64,000 nucleotides of DNA from an uncultured Planctomycetia bacterium (GCA_964497315.1 CAZCCH010000003.1:23346-87345); one strand, 5' to 3'. Shown: positions 12,001 to 17,407, counted from the stretch's first letter. Program-made: numbers and translations. Notes: generated from the letters alone by a model not told the origin.

Positions 12001-13733
12001 TAGATATATTGGTCTTAGGGGCAACAGAAGGCCAGATTACAAAAGAAAACGCAGGCGAGGTTCAAGCAAAAATAGTCCTCTGTCTTGCCAATGATCCAAT
12101 TACTGCAGAGGCAGAAGAGATTCTAACTGAAAGAGGCATATTGGTCATACCTGATTTTGTGGCAAACATAGGAGCAGTAAGCGTTTCTTGTTTTGAGATG
12201 TTACAAAATAAAGAAGGAAGAGCATGGACTTTAAATGAGACAAGAGGAAGACTAAAACATCTTATGCTAAGGAATCTCGGTGAGGTAATGGCTATTTCTG
12301 AAGAGGAAAATATAGGCTTAACTGCTGCTGGCTACAGGTTGGTTTTAAAGAGATGGAAGGAAGGCAATAGGGCTAAAGCTCCGGTAAGCCAGATAGAGAT
12401 TGGTAAATTGCCAGACTATTCCATGGCCGCCAGATTTACAGAGGGGACCATTACAGAGCACATTGCTTTTCTACAGAGACAAGCACGCAGTAGAGACGAA
12501 AGCAAAAAAAGTGCTATTGGATTTGGAATATCATATTATAAACCTTCACCTGCAACGCAACGGGTGCTTTTAGCAGATAGTGTTAGACATAGCAGACCTG
12601 GTATGCATGATGGTAGGCTTCAGGAAGAACCCAGATATGCAGTTTGGAAAGAAGGACATGAAATTTACCTAGTAGGCGATATTACGCATGCTGAGCATCA
12701 GCCAAACGAAAGATTGGTGCAACGTTTAAAGGACGCTAATCTTAGAGGTATTTGTATTACTCGCCAAGCACTTCTTGATAAAAGCGTACAACCAGCTCTA
12801 AAATGGATGCTTGGAAATATCGCAAGGGCTTCAAAGGATTTAGACGGTCATGGTCAGCAAGTAACTATGCCAAAGAAGGAGCCAAAAGTAACAATTGAAC
12901 TTGCCCTTGTAGACAAAGAAGATTTTTATTTGTTTGTAAGTAAAGTTAAGGATTCTCATTCCACCAGATTTACAGAAACGACTAAGCTATCGACAGACAC
13001 ACCATCTATAAGTCCAACAGATGCATTCCTTGAATTAAGGAGAGATTTCCCTGATGCAACATTAGCAAAAGGACCATTTAAGATAGTACTTCCAGCAGCA
13101 ATGTTTGCTGAAAATGCAGACTCTGAAACAATAGGTAGCTCTTTAGCTGAAATAGCAGAAGTTGCTGCCGCAAGATATGCAACAGCAATTACTGTAGAGG
13201 TAGTCACTGAGGAGAATTTATTTAATCCAAGAGCCCATAGACTAGCAGAGAAAATAAACGCTAGCTTACATCAAGGAAGAGACATCTCAGGGCTTCTTAC
13301 TCAAGTAAGAAATGAAACAACCTTTACCCTTGGAAGTCAAGCACACCTTGAGAGCCTACTAAACCAACTAAGCCTAGGTCTTAATGTCCAATGGAAGGGT
13401 ATTGCATGGGATGATTTAAGAATAAATGAAACAAACACAGATAGACTAATAACAGCAGTTGATTTGATTTTTAGCTTAATAGAGCTTTATGCAGGAAAGA
13501 ATACCCGTAGCTTAGTACCAGAATTAATGGAAGGTGTTAGGCAAAGGTTAGCTGCCTTAGATATAACAGGCTATGATGATGATTCAATATTAAGCCTTGT
13601 ATCAGATGACTTGGAAGCAGCTATAAATGCAGCAAGAAAACTACGTAAACTCCTACCTTCTGCTGAAAAAGCTAGCTTTGGCAGATACTTCATGAGGCTA
13701 CAACAGTCTCTAGAATTCAGAAGGCAGATTTAA
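3..13733 (+). CDS. Giant multidomain protein, 5'-partial. The ORF is open to window position 3 with no in-frame stop upstream. It is at least 4577 aa with the first in-window start candidate a GTG at 51. It is punctuated by about 20 copies of [AST]-R-[FY]-[ST]-E.
   Basis: The reading frame is uninterrupted from the window edge to the TAA at 13731-13733, which is impossible by chance at this AT content. Codon usage is protein-like. Embedded kinase, receiver, hydrolase and dehydrogenase signatures are listed as separate features. A C/G-rich hairpin terminator follows. Confidence 0.8.
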   Translation: MTKSIPPAEITPDRIAVITESLNPMSRSTKRLRKEAARTLRQLQPTRFTEERLLIGREDELDWHTESLVSPYHQGRIYEILKYYDFEDGRHESIPLASLILREGSAYFLSYEAGPGTSNTFEVTRREGEAGPRVTVVEGYITNLTDLPWFKEIVNRREWALPNEEVAYRLALLLTSKTSTTQLSMARLYSSTNTHSGHYENINRPEGASLKILTERISKYLSGHKVEDRSVLVHRLRFESLGLLDANLEAFVVDVSPVPESAARFTEFRELVEKWEEKLKTRDHTGLEADLALLSSYADDDMADKALLKRAHPLLNRMGKLRERAKTRAAKLAKAQAISASPEGQIITHLKGMAKHHGKKLDAVWLNANGAYERSFDRGFSRVKVPGDVARRIKRNGLKAVAISKLRTLTKAKYAKDVMWILKNLSSVMSQLRKQREEGEGINAMRLNNLVVYVSGFDGDDEIYGIAIKTARSYAAGARIRLGRIPLLDIKKWRPVSAAARFTEVSQTGAILPLQTAANIVAGVLEQDRPANIYLYTKPGREILTFQRNEDGDIIEVSRGRHETIEDPSTAVSRRLSEFRGDDFLVTTKPASKEADVSKVEETAVLTVFPESVAAPKTLDDARELVSETLQVIGTGYSVGGILSSLEAFTTDFEVEITENEVNDYIASLASFEGDGSREGFNEIIADLRACLFQLRGFTKRTAMPARYSELTFPVEIKGISAVGDVAFTSDFGHIQIVNVKGRLSLQTNPAVNGSIYKWREDDEDGGWYLTSGTGIKYIGEREALGKNIRKAIDNRTKARYSEQQNLPQRLHQQIMDVLGPQGITPAAGLSLMNLPIPRLERLADIVSPNWRDNRDLEVLIARHRLDNGLQAYLGDRFFALIRDNELIVREQKFDMTISGSAMYDYIVDADEIGVEIPEWLHYEDLAIAEPGQVDKELDALDDLGEEGDKLGQAVRDARTPGGPGQAEAIVAAHLGARVRGVFTLGHDGEELLLRMRRAGVDVTRVEQDPNKRTAMTFVVSGGGKTAFGHEMGADDNLNLNNLRPEDYQVQVFHVGGPALTPTYMRQLPKVFANAKREGAITSMDMVADPLWLWKELKDKGDAAKICRDLDVLMLSTKEVKYHADLLEGQSKEEAEQLMIEEAEKIVEELLAMGVKTVVYKLGEHGAVVGSRDSLIFEGADPTRTPIHQYADHFKIEATGMGDAMSGTFATMLARTDKHGEDDTLNGEMAFGTLGQLMTVSTAAASIAGEQEGGGGDLGHSPKEKLLERHIELQGKPEFRRAIARIDGKTTRDQAGSRYSESPRLPLGREDRVVVLGKEIFVGRIPGRDIGQWLPRALSGPAGNVMRIIMRETPPTATDADGVEIARKFSIHDTNWYSPEVTATTKADSTPINPIEAAKQVLKEDKGYELRKDRLTLYIIGPARFAEGKLLLVENNDDVVNTVKRSLARRGVEEEDIIVVKTGEDAQQHLRGADIAVAIVDLTLDGDMTGEEVLAEALGRSIPRVVFSGDVDMDPSRRRRVEALAKDAVFAKPRDFTAAIDKAVALGADSLKRAKFVTSLRELGYIDSAMDVSERPEDEPFRKALVRFLASEIGPRMASMPVYPKKVKGGSGWFSLPDETKRYYVSWSRSGQTPQKEDVFKFSVGADHKLFSNVPKTVFLGGMTTIKSTEIEIVEDESARFSEADKLRLHAEDTAFGLNGLDVPEIPLPKLPRPQEGGETWASISNPPKHRIWSTSGSLAGRSTRTDEKDPARFSEKSLNEARTAVREASEVISTGMDTVLKRTGEVDPIISVQPDGRMIWTKSGRQFVKSDDGIWTTVIDRDGTKQQFRPKSNVGRALNRVVANWRDELRGTSPAPEYGGAHERDRRVAAARYTEAKANDIVEITSIEGELDLMTETMQQIRGPLARLLKEEDIEIIVRSDTIAFVGNAFLNSLSINTCLFALREFHKAVAERDFATARRKLTDAQRKLAEVKRSLPKSPKAQEEIVTPLERATRSFDAYLKTATSRRRFRNAKRARYSEGPIDQAVEVLRFRTLLFIGTGKKTKPAGLDSLISKTDAKPLVCSAVPAEIIHDIDRETIPGPSPKLPVLVFKDQSTFERYYDAATETHPDIMMIILMPTQARGIDFDIAYPPSGKKAPYITIASKASEAAWANAIVRLASTIDVMRQDGIFGSPDATQAEQARYSEATLSDLADGYDMTDADRRLVSMLSSESNEARETAISRFTRAFGNVKTIEANRKNLEGMRVVPTKVIGWFHSSIDDLVSYRGYRCLMPYHPLLLEVAKAAHKYNAEEGTDYQPYATGPWVSASYAGLNPIADGRYKPYIYWCDGFGRSFSNLPVELITEIKDIAKRDALIGPLKTNMTEAQIEDALLGRLSADPTFLMDRVRLALIIGDDLEVAGAKLWASEQVSVNRLLEGTLTLAGAAPLNAREEGPKLLVKVIHRLVEGRKSFCGEFEKPGRSVGANLVEFLKGAEPRADLGGRITTVLENFRIDKDGFEGLREAVLKDLAQSNPTEQYPLNERLKEAAESVLLARPELETRDAPPFFEGGEGITNNPDGSVTFNSSIQNQRGRVAFMVDFPEAKHFQRGRRPVVFLFHGLSGHKTEPHLQEFAEWFRQRGFAVVRIDFTNNKIGDKPNESGGNLQDFSIAGEMGDFLSVAEHLIETMSGWLNFSRTYVGGHSYGGLVARGVRELARLNSESAVARLGIQGVIDMSGIVSPAGSARKAIQRALIQKVLSEGRAQDEGEAGSIVSYEDVQETYETWRRDRNLELFAGGQRFFLRDDDGAIDWEQYDAVDALSKFPKDVPYVYIIGTEDVGVRCTGLEQENQASRFIAAVESRPLGKVLEFDMEHAYPGELLPEIISAAGEALRIPEEARYSERIEPLEVLTGKQAMEVILGQLEKTEELYITLGYDNPNFRVREGSIVCNGKGVEGFPGSEIFKHLRGVHNYFYQSQIRPGDSPTNYRTAWSLNSIALTALERIDASELGAEQIEILNILKVAAVSVDKFFGESFSDPARFSEPKDAEALEKKREGLKADVKAIADARERVLEVLMKSKTADGKPMTEDITGLIPQCKLTKDLPGGIMAFLLSLVGKENNVLLAYSGGSILSLVYNEGASDGEWDTSTELLDEYKASTEKPILTSTRRAILANPDTEMSTDDLLKGGATEDEIIAWARYNRFKMRPIGGNNYAVTGRSQESARFTEGTVIKNVRFFPSQDLPTMLFEISRENSFESLEVHYSTKKAGGKWGGYTIFKPTIETGAFWRVAHVTLSSLSANSKWAFFSRGKTLILLADVPGDEAQVKEQLDSMLKGVRLGDPYEILEPSLVEEIPPDSKQARFTETTIPLKELMQKEDLERGAYFVTQDLSPELIGIAIELLQEPKLAILAEEGATFTAKHEPGVANDTITSISIDVPLTNRLVKAAASGITLHRLKISQHIDPDTGMNHLEFAIANPAAETFPEFAGFTAVDDDAALLGLAKGFSNVMRADRDIRSLLAETVTEEETEDVIPFEERAREAGVELVEPEKWTDITEELKTIARTIIENVGLRLSRPKLLLSSTRSMVEQPSLSDGEAISNVVILAYFANGIPCDFSAEQQKDTNWIAFSAVDQRSPYEVGRVLMPQGLSGLTAFTQAAFAIAEHNAFSPEEEQARFTESRQYVMPEGEARALTEDVDTGGVIRKYGDGILTPSEIDELEKVEKAAVFDIKFLREGSAEEMLVFHCYGYLHNSRLGTPKGGVAIGDEKAVTSEKIKKKAFLMTIKDALAGFFHAGYPFGLGGAKFGIVMPEGIKISDLTDIELERLARTWTKALYERNLIGPDIYVPATDIGLDEKRGPKFMAWVASEYRNIVDEDHPEVVTSKTVVGDDFGNIDPTGGIEGKVGATKHGGLYVIEEVLKAENLQRLSKRFRALEGLTPGLVGKEVAVQGAGKVALIAELLQQTSEATVKAWSDEDGGYYEEKGLNVAELCRPEGFVAAGEFLRTKPGFPLTNSITNVALLKLPVDILVLGATEGQITKENAGEVQAKIVLCLANDPITAEAEEILTERGILVIPDFVANIGAVSVSCFEMLQNKEGRAWTLNETRGRLKHLMLRNLGEVMAISEEENIGLTAAGYRLVLKRWKEGNRAKAPVSQIEIGKLPDYSMAARFTEGTITEHIAFLQRQARSRDESKKSAIGFGISYYKPSPATQRVLLADSVRHSRPGMHDGRLQEEPRYAVWKEGHEIYLVGDITHAEHQPNERLVQRLKDANLRGICITRQALLDKSVQPALKWMLGNIARASKDLDGHGQQVTMPKKEPKVTIELALVDKEDFYLFVSKVKDSHSTRFTETTKLSTDTPSISPTDAFLELRRDFPDATLAKGPFKIVLPAAMFAENADSETIGSSLAEIAEVAAARYATAITVEVVTEENLFNPRAHRLAEKINASLHQGRDISGLLTQVRNETTFTLGSQAHLESLLNQLSLGLNVQWKGIAWDDLRINETNTDRLITAVDLIFSLIELYAGKNTRSLVPELMEGVRQRLAALDITGYDDDSILSLVSDDLEAAINAARKLRKLLPSAEKASFGRYFMRLQQSLEFRRQI
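2900..3700 (+). other. PfkB/ribokinase-family carbohydrate-kinase-like module inside the giant ORF
   Basis: Translation reads ...GVDVTRVEQDPNKRTAMTFVV...VVYKLGEHGAVVG...IEATGMGDAMSGTFA... The DTxGAGD-type anion-hole motif (ATGMGDAM, nt ~3598-3621) and the overall ribokinase-fold order of motifs are present. Confidence 0.55.
4246..4660 (+). other. CheY-like receiver (REC) module inside the giant ORF
   Basis: Translation reads KLLLVENNDDVV...ADIAVAIVDLTLDGDMTGEEVLAEAL...IPRVVFSGDVD...VFAKP. An acidic pair, a candidate phospho-acceptor Asp and a conserved Lys lie at REC-typical spacing. Confidence 0.5.
7770..8575 (+). other. alpha/beta-hydrolase (esterase/lipase-like) module inside the giant ORF
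   Basis: Translation reads RPVVFLFHGLSGH...YVGGHSYGGLVA (GxSxG nucleophile elbow at nt ~8040-8060)...IIGTEDVGV...FDMEHAYPGE. A Ser/Asp/His triad is present in canonical order. Confidence 0.6.
11200..12270 (+). other. Glu/Leu/Phe/Val amino-acid dehydrogenase-like module inside the giant ORF
   Basis: Translation reads GYPFGLGGAKFGI (GGxK catalytic-Lys loop, nt ~11326-11349)...YVPATDIG...PTGGIEGKVGAT...GKEVAVQGAGKVA (Rossmann GxGxxA/G)...DILVLGAT...LCLANDPIT...ILVIPDFVANIGAV. The motif order matches the GDH/LeuDH superfamily. Confidence 0.6.
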
Positions 13734-13749
13734 GGTTTAAAGTACCTTA

Positions 13750-13778
13750 CCCCCTCTCAAAAAGAGGGGGTATTTTTT
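13750..13778 (+). terminator. Rho-independent terminator after the giant ORF
   Basis: The 8-bp stem ccccctct / agaggggg has a 5-nt loop and is followed by tatttttt. Confidence 0.65.
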
Positions 13779-13935
13779 ACATAATTGCCTACAAACAAAT
13801 AAGTTATAGCAAAATACCTATTTTCTGTGTAATAATATATATATTTAAGTGTTATATATAGTAAGACTAAAAACTTATGAAAAACCTTTAGTAAAACTAG
13901 CAAAAAACAGCAAGAATCAGGGGGGGCTCAAAAAA

Positions 13936-16900
13936 ATGTTTAGGCAAAAACTTATGAATTCACATTTATTTAGAATAATATCACTAGTAATATTAATGGC
14001 CTTTACAGGTTCAATAGCATATCCAGGGCTTAGCTTTGCTGAGCCTTTTTCTTTTGAAGACACTTTAAGGCCAAAAAGTACAGCAGAAAATGAAGTAGCA
14101 AGGCAGGAGCTATTAAATGCTTTTGGTGTAGAAGAAGACGTAGAAGAAATAGCAGAAGAACCAAAGATTACACAGTTTCCGCTTTCTCCACAAGATAAAA
14201 CCCTTGGTATGGTTGCTAGATTTTCAGAGATGCAAAGGCTATGGGCTTCCCCTGATAGCGGCGAAGACGTATTCTATGATGAAAAGACAAGGGGTTTACG
14301 TGTTCACAAAAAAAGTTTAAGAGCAGGCGTTGCACGCCTAACCAGGCTTGGTGGAGTAAAACAGATACCTTTATTTTCACTTCTTGCTGATTTTATAAGA
14401 GAGCATGCAAGTGAATTTACACTAACTCCCGATGGAACAAGTTTAGAAAGGGTTACCGCAGACACTCCAGACTTTGGGTATAAACTTTATCTGCAGGCTA
14501 CCAAAGACGATGCTGCAGCAGTTTTAAGAGATTTGTTACCCTATTTATTTGAACCTAAGGGTTTTGATGAGGATATATTTTTCAGGTGTGTAGTTAATGA
14601 GGATCAACTAGCTCAAGTACCTGACGGTACGCTTATTACAATATACCCACCAGGCAATAGCATGATAGAACAAAGGTTAAATGCATTCACAATAGCCAAG
14701 GCCTTAGATGACCTTTTCCTAAACGCAAATTTAGAGATGGATCCTTCCGCAGGGCTACCCGCGCAACCATACAGAAAGGTAGTTGGAGAGAGTGGAAGAG
14801 TCCGTGCAAAATGGGATTCGATGACTGAGGAAGCTGCAGATGCCTTAGTCCAAATACGTACTGAAGCCGCTTTTTTAGACGCCAGGAACAAGTCGCCGCT
14901 TAACAATGTAGAAGTGGCTACTCCCCTGGAAGATTATTTGGCCGAATTTGGAGCTGAGCAACTGGCAACTTTCTTGCCTATATTACCATCTGAAGATGGT
15001 GAGGAGGTCGCCAGGTTTACAGAGAGTAATAAAACAGCAGAAGCAGTAGTAGAGGATGACGAGGACATTTCTGGTTTACCTTCATACACTGAAAGCGAAT
15101 GGCAGATAGCAACCGAAGCTTTGGGCAGAGAGCCAGTACTAAGCCGAGCAGAAGATGAAATAGGAATGATGATGACCATGGTGGCGCAGCATGGCTGGAC
15201 CTTGGAAGAGGCGGCACGCTATTACGCAAAGGCAGAACAAGAAGCAGCCACTCGCGAAAGCTTATCAGATACCAACGCCTTGCCAGAATGGCAGGATGAG
15301 GAAACCACGTCGACATACACTGAAGACGAATGGCGTACAGTAACCACCGAATTCATGGAAGTTCTAGGCCGAGCACCAATAGTGAGTTGGAGAGAAGATG
15401 AGATGTGGCAAGTTAAGCAATATGCGCAGGAAGGGAAAACTGGGCTAAGGGCTGCAGCGCGCAAATACGCAGAGGAAGAACTAGCATATAGGAGACGCGG
15501 CATGCAGACAGAGCGAGATGAGATGGGAGAAGTCGCCAGGTTTACAGAGGCGGTGGCGATAGATGCAAATGGTGCCCACCCTCTCATCGCTATAGCTAAA
15601 CACGCCAAAAGCAATGGAGACTTTTTTGCTGCACGGGATGGAGACTTTTTTACTGGACAGGGAAGAATAATGAAAGTTACAAATAGTACTAGCACAGCCA
15701 CGCGATTTTGGCTTGCAAGGGCAAAAGGTGTTAAATATGGCGTTAAGATAAATGCAACCATGGAAGGATATCAGGCGCATACGAGATGGTATTTCGATCA
15801 TGATGATACTCTTTATGTGCGAATGGGGCCCCGCGATTACGGAGAGTCTGTAGGAGATCGGAGGCGCATAGCAGCAGCCAGGAAAATTTGCGAAGCAGCA
15901 GCAGCTGCAGAGGTCAGTCAGGCACGCTACGCGGAAGCATCTGAAGTTCCGCCAGCTGAGCCTGTTATGACAGTTATGAAAGAAGCTGGCCTTGGTACAA
16001 GAGTAGTTAGGATACCTGATGAGTTTGTACCTTTAGCCACAGACAAAACTCCTGTGAGAGTACTAAAAGAAGCTGGTTTTGCTACGAGATTGGTAAGTAA
16101 AACACCTGCAAAGCCTACTGATGTAGAAGATGCCGATGCAACCCGCTTCTCTGAAGCTACAACCTTACCACAAGTTAATAGGATTACAGCCAGTAGAATT
16201 ACCCAAGCCACAACTGGTCTAACAGTAGATGAGCTAGTAGGAATAATCAACTCTGGAGTTGGTTTACAAGCAGCAATTGAAGACATAGCAAACATGAGTG
16301 AGTTTGACATAGACTTAGCCTTGCCAGAAGTAAGAAAACAAGTAAATGATGCTGCATGGGGTAACTTAATAGATACTATTGAGAACCAAGCACAAACCGA
16401 CCTCACACAATTAAAACCTCGAATAGCACGCAGCCCATGGGGTAGTAATTATACACGGCTTTCAGAAGCTGCAAGCAAAGTGCAAGGAGGTAATTTCTTT
16501 AGCGTTGTACTTAAATCAAGCCTTGGCAGCATACTTGATGACAGGGCCATATTAAGAGAAAGGGCCGCTGAATATGACATTACGCTACAAGATATTACTG
16601 TTGCAACAATAGATAACCTTGAAGCTGCTGTCCAGCAAATGGCTTCTGAATTAAACCAAAAAGGTACCCAAAGAGCATGCTTTTTCTTAGGTGCAATACC
16701 TAAAGAATTACAAGATAGAGTTACAAAGTTAGCAGAACAACTAAGAGAGCAAAACCCAAATATAATAAACTTAAACATTATATTTGCACCAACACCTTTA
16801 GAAAATCCAATAACCGCCCAACCTGATGTAGTATCTTACATGCAGGCATTTACAGAAGGTTTCTCAAGCAATCAGCTAGTTACACTCTTAACTAGAGGAT

Positions 16901-16983
16901 TGCGCTTGCCTAGTGGCTTATTGGGTGAATTAGGTCAGGTCATGAGACAATTAGACCTTGCTGAAATACTAAGAAACATCTAA
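13936..16983 (+). CDS. Secreted repeat protein (about 1015 aa from the ATG at 13936). It has a signal peptide, 6 copies of the same [AST]-R-[FY]-[STA]-E motif and internal tandem repeats.
   Basis: The track ORF runs 13849..16983. I moved the start to MFRQKLMNSHLFRIISLVILMAFTGSIAYPGLSFA, which gives a typical N-region, H-region and AxA signal peptide. A purine-rich stretch, aggggggg, lies upstream. The motif copies and composition match the giant ORF, and the gene has its own hairpin terminator. Confidence 0.7.
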   Translation: MFRQKLMNSHLFRIISLVILMAFTGSIAYPGLSFAEPFSFEDTLRPKSTAENEVARQELLNAFGVEEDVEEIAEEPKITQFPLSPQDKTLGMVARFSEMQRLWASPDSGEDVFYDEKTRGLRVHKKSLRAGVARLTRLGGVKQIPLFSLLADFIREHASEFTLTPDGTSLERVTADTPDFGYKLYLQATKDDAAAVLRDLLPYLFEPKGFDEDIFFRCVVNEDQLAQVPDGTLITIYPPGNSMIEQRLNAFTIAKALDDLFLNANLEMDPSAGLPAQPYRKVVGESGRVRAKWDSMTEEAADALVQIRTEAAFLDARNKSPLNNVEVATPLEDYLAEFGAEQLATFLPILPSEDGEEVARFTESNKTAEAVVEDDEDISGLPSYTESEWQIATEALGREPVLSRAEDEIGMMMTMVAQHGWTLEEAARYYAKAEQEAATRESLSDTNALPEWQDEETTSTYTEDEWRTVTTEFMEVLGRAPIVSWREDEMWQVKQYAQEGKTGLRAAARKYAEEELAYRRRGMQTERDEMGEVARFTEAVAIDANGAHPLIAIAKHAKSNGDFFAARDGDFFTGQGRIMKVTNSTSTATRFWLARAKGVKYGVKINATMEGYQAHTRWYFDHDDTLYVRMGPRDYGESVGDRRRIAAARKICEAAAAAEVSQARYAEASEVPPAEPVMTVMKEAGLGTRVVRIPDEFVPLATDKTPVRVLKEAGFATRLVSKTPAKPTDVEDADATRFSEATTLPQVNRITASRITQATTGLTVDELVGIINSGVGLQAAIEDIANMSEFDIDLALPEVRKQVNDAAWGNLIDTIENQAQTDLTQLKPRIARSPWGSNYTRLSEAASKVQGGNFFSVVLKSSLGSILDDRAILRERAAEYDITLQDITVATIDNLEAAVQQMASELNQKGTQRACFFLGAIPKELQDRVTKLAEQLREQNPNIINLNIIFAPTPLENPITAQPDVVSYMQAFTEGFSSNQLVTLLTRGLRLPSGLLGELGQVMRQLDLAEILRNI
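15085..15546 (+). repeat. Tandem in-frame duplication, 2 x 231 nt (77 aa), inside the secreted partner gene
   Basis: Unit 1 is YTESEWQIATEALGREPVLS..AEDE...AARYYAKAEQEAA. Unit 2 is YTEDEWRTVTTEFMEVLGRAPIVSWREDE...AARKYAEEELA. The units start at 15085 and 15316. A second shorter 87-nt x 2 repeat (KEAG[LF][GA]TR[VL]V...) starts at 15979 and 16066. Confidence 0.6.
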
Positions 16984-17013
16984 TAAATAGGTACAACCAT
17001 TTATTGATTACTT

Positions 17014-17046
17014 ACCCTCTCCCCAAAAGGGAGGGGGTTTTTTTAC
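17014..17046 (+). terminator. Rho-independent terminator after the secreted partner gene
   Basis: The 10-bp stem accctctccc / gggagggggt has a caaaa loop and a T8 run. The hairpin sequence closely resembles the one at 13750. Confidence 0.65.
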
Positions 17047-17075
17047 TTGCATTCCACCCCTCTTTTAACTATAAT
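17047..17075 (+). promoter_or_regulatory. sigma70-like promoter (TTGCAT-17-TATAAT)
   Basis: ttgcat lies at 17047-17052, the spacer is 17 nt, and tataat lies at 17070-17075. This is about 45 nt upstream of a strong RBS (aggagg) and the ATG at 17121. Confidence 0.5.
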
Positions 17076-17120
17076 AATAACTTATATAGAAGAATTTGTA
17101 TGAAATCAGGAGGTGAGTAA

Positions 17121-17339
17121 ATGGGTAAGCTTTTAAGTATTATAGGTGGCACAGTTGCAGTAGTATTAGGTATTGTAGCCTTGATGTCCTGGTGGTGGTC
17201 ATTTGTTGAGCTTTTAAAAGGCGTGATTCCGTGTCTTCTCATAATGGGTGGTCTTATTGCGCTATTTGCGGGTGTAAGCGAGATAAAAGATGCACTGACA
17301 TGCAAAAAGGAAGAGAAAAAAGAAGAACCAGCAGCATAA
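17121..17339 (+). CDS. Small two-helix membrane protein (72 aa)
   Basis: A strong SD sequence (aggaggtgag) precedes it. Two hydrophobic helices and a Lys/Glu-rich tail are predicted. A hairpin plus T7 run follows. Confidence 0.5.
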   Translation: MGKLLSIIGGTVAVVLGIVALMSWWWSFVELLKGVIPCLLIMGGLIALFAGVSEIKDALTCKKEEKKEEPAA

Positions 17340-17359
17340 AAATACATAAGAAAACACCT

Positions 17360-17397
17360 AGACCTTTATCACGCAGCAGTGGTAAAGGTCTTTTTTT
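17360..17397 (+). terminator. Hairpin plus T-tract downstream of the small membrane protein gene
   Basis: The 9-bp stem agaccttta / taaaggtct has a 14-nt loop and is followed by ttttttt. Confidence 0.45.
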
Positions 17398-17407
17398 AAA
17401 AACTGTT

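Noticed and set aside
13849-13935. Upstream start for the secreted partner ORF
   Set aside because: The ATG at 13936 yields a canonical signal peptide. The 29 extra codons (MLYIVRLKTYEKPLVKLAKNSKNQGGLKK) would bury it.
15222-16406. Several minus-strand ORFs of 99-179 aa inside the secreted partner gene
   Set aside because: They are antisense to a long, motif-bearing + strand ORF, are Ser/Ala-rich and featureless, and have no RBS or promoter context.
138-16467. Interpreting the recurring 15-nt word (GCN-AGR-TWT-WCA-GAR) as a DNA-level signal such as a methylation, chi-like or recoding site
   Set aside because: Copies use different synonymous codons (CGC for AGA, AGT for TCA, TTC for TTT, GAG for GAA). 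Only the encoded peptide is conserved, and every copy is in the coding frame.
17231-17407. N-terminal extension of the CCA-enzyme ORF in the six-frame track
   Set aside because: The extension overlaps the small membrane-protein gene and its terminator hairpin and reads as Cys/Lys junk. The homologous N-terminus (…VWLVGGFLRD) starts at the ATG at 17408.
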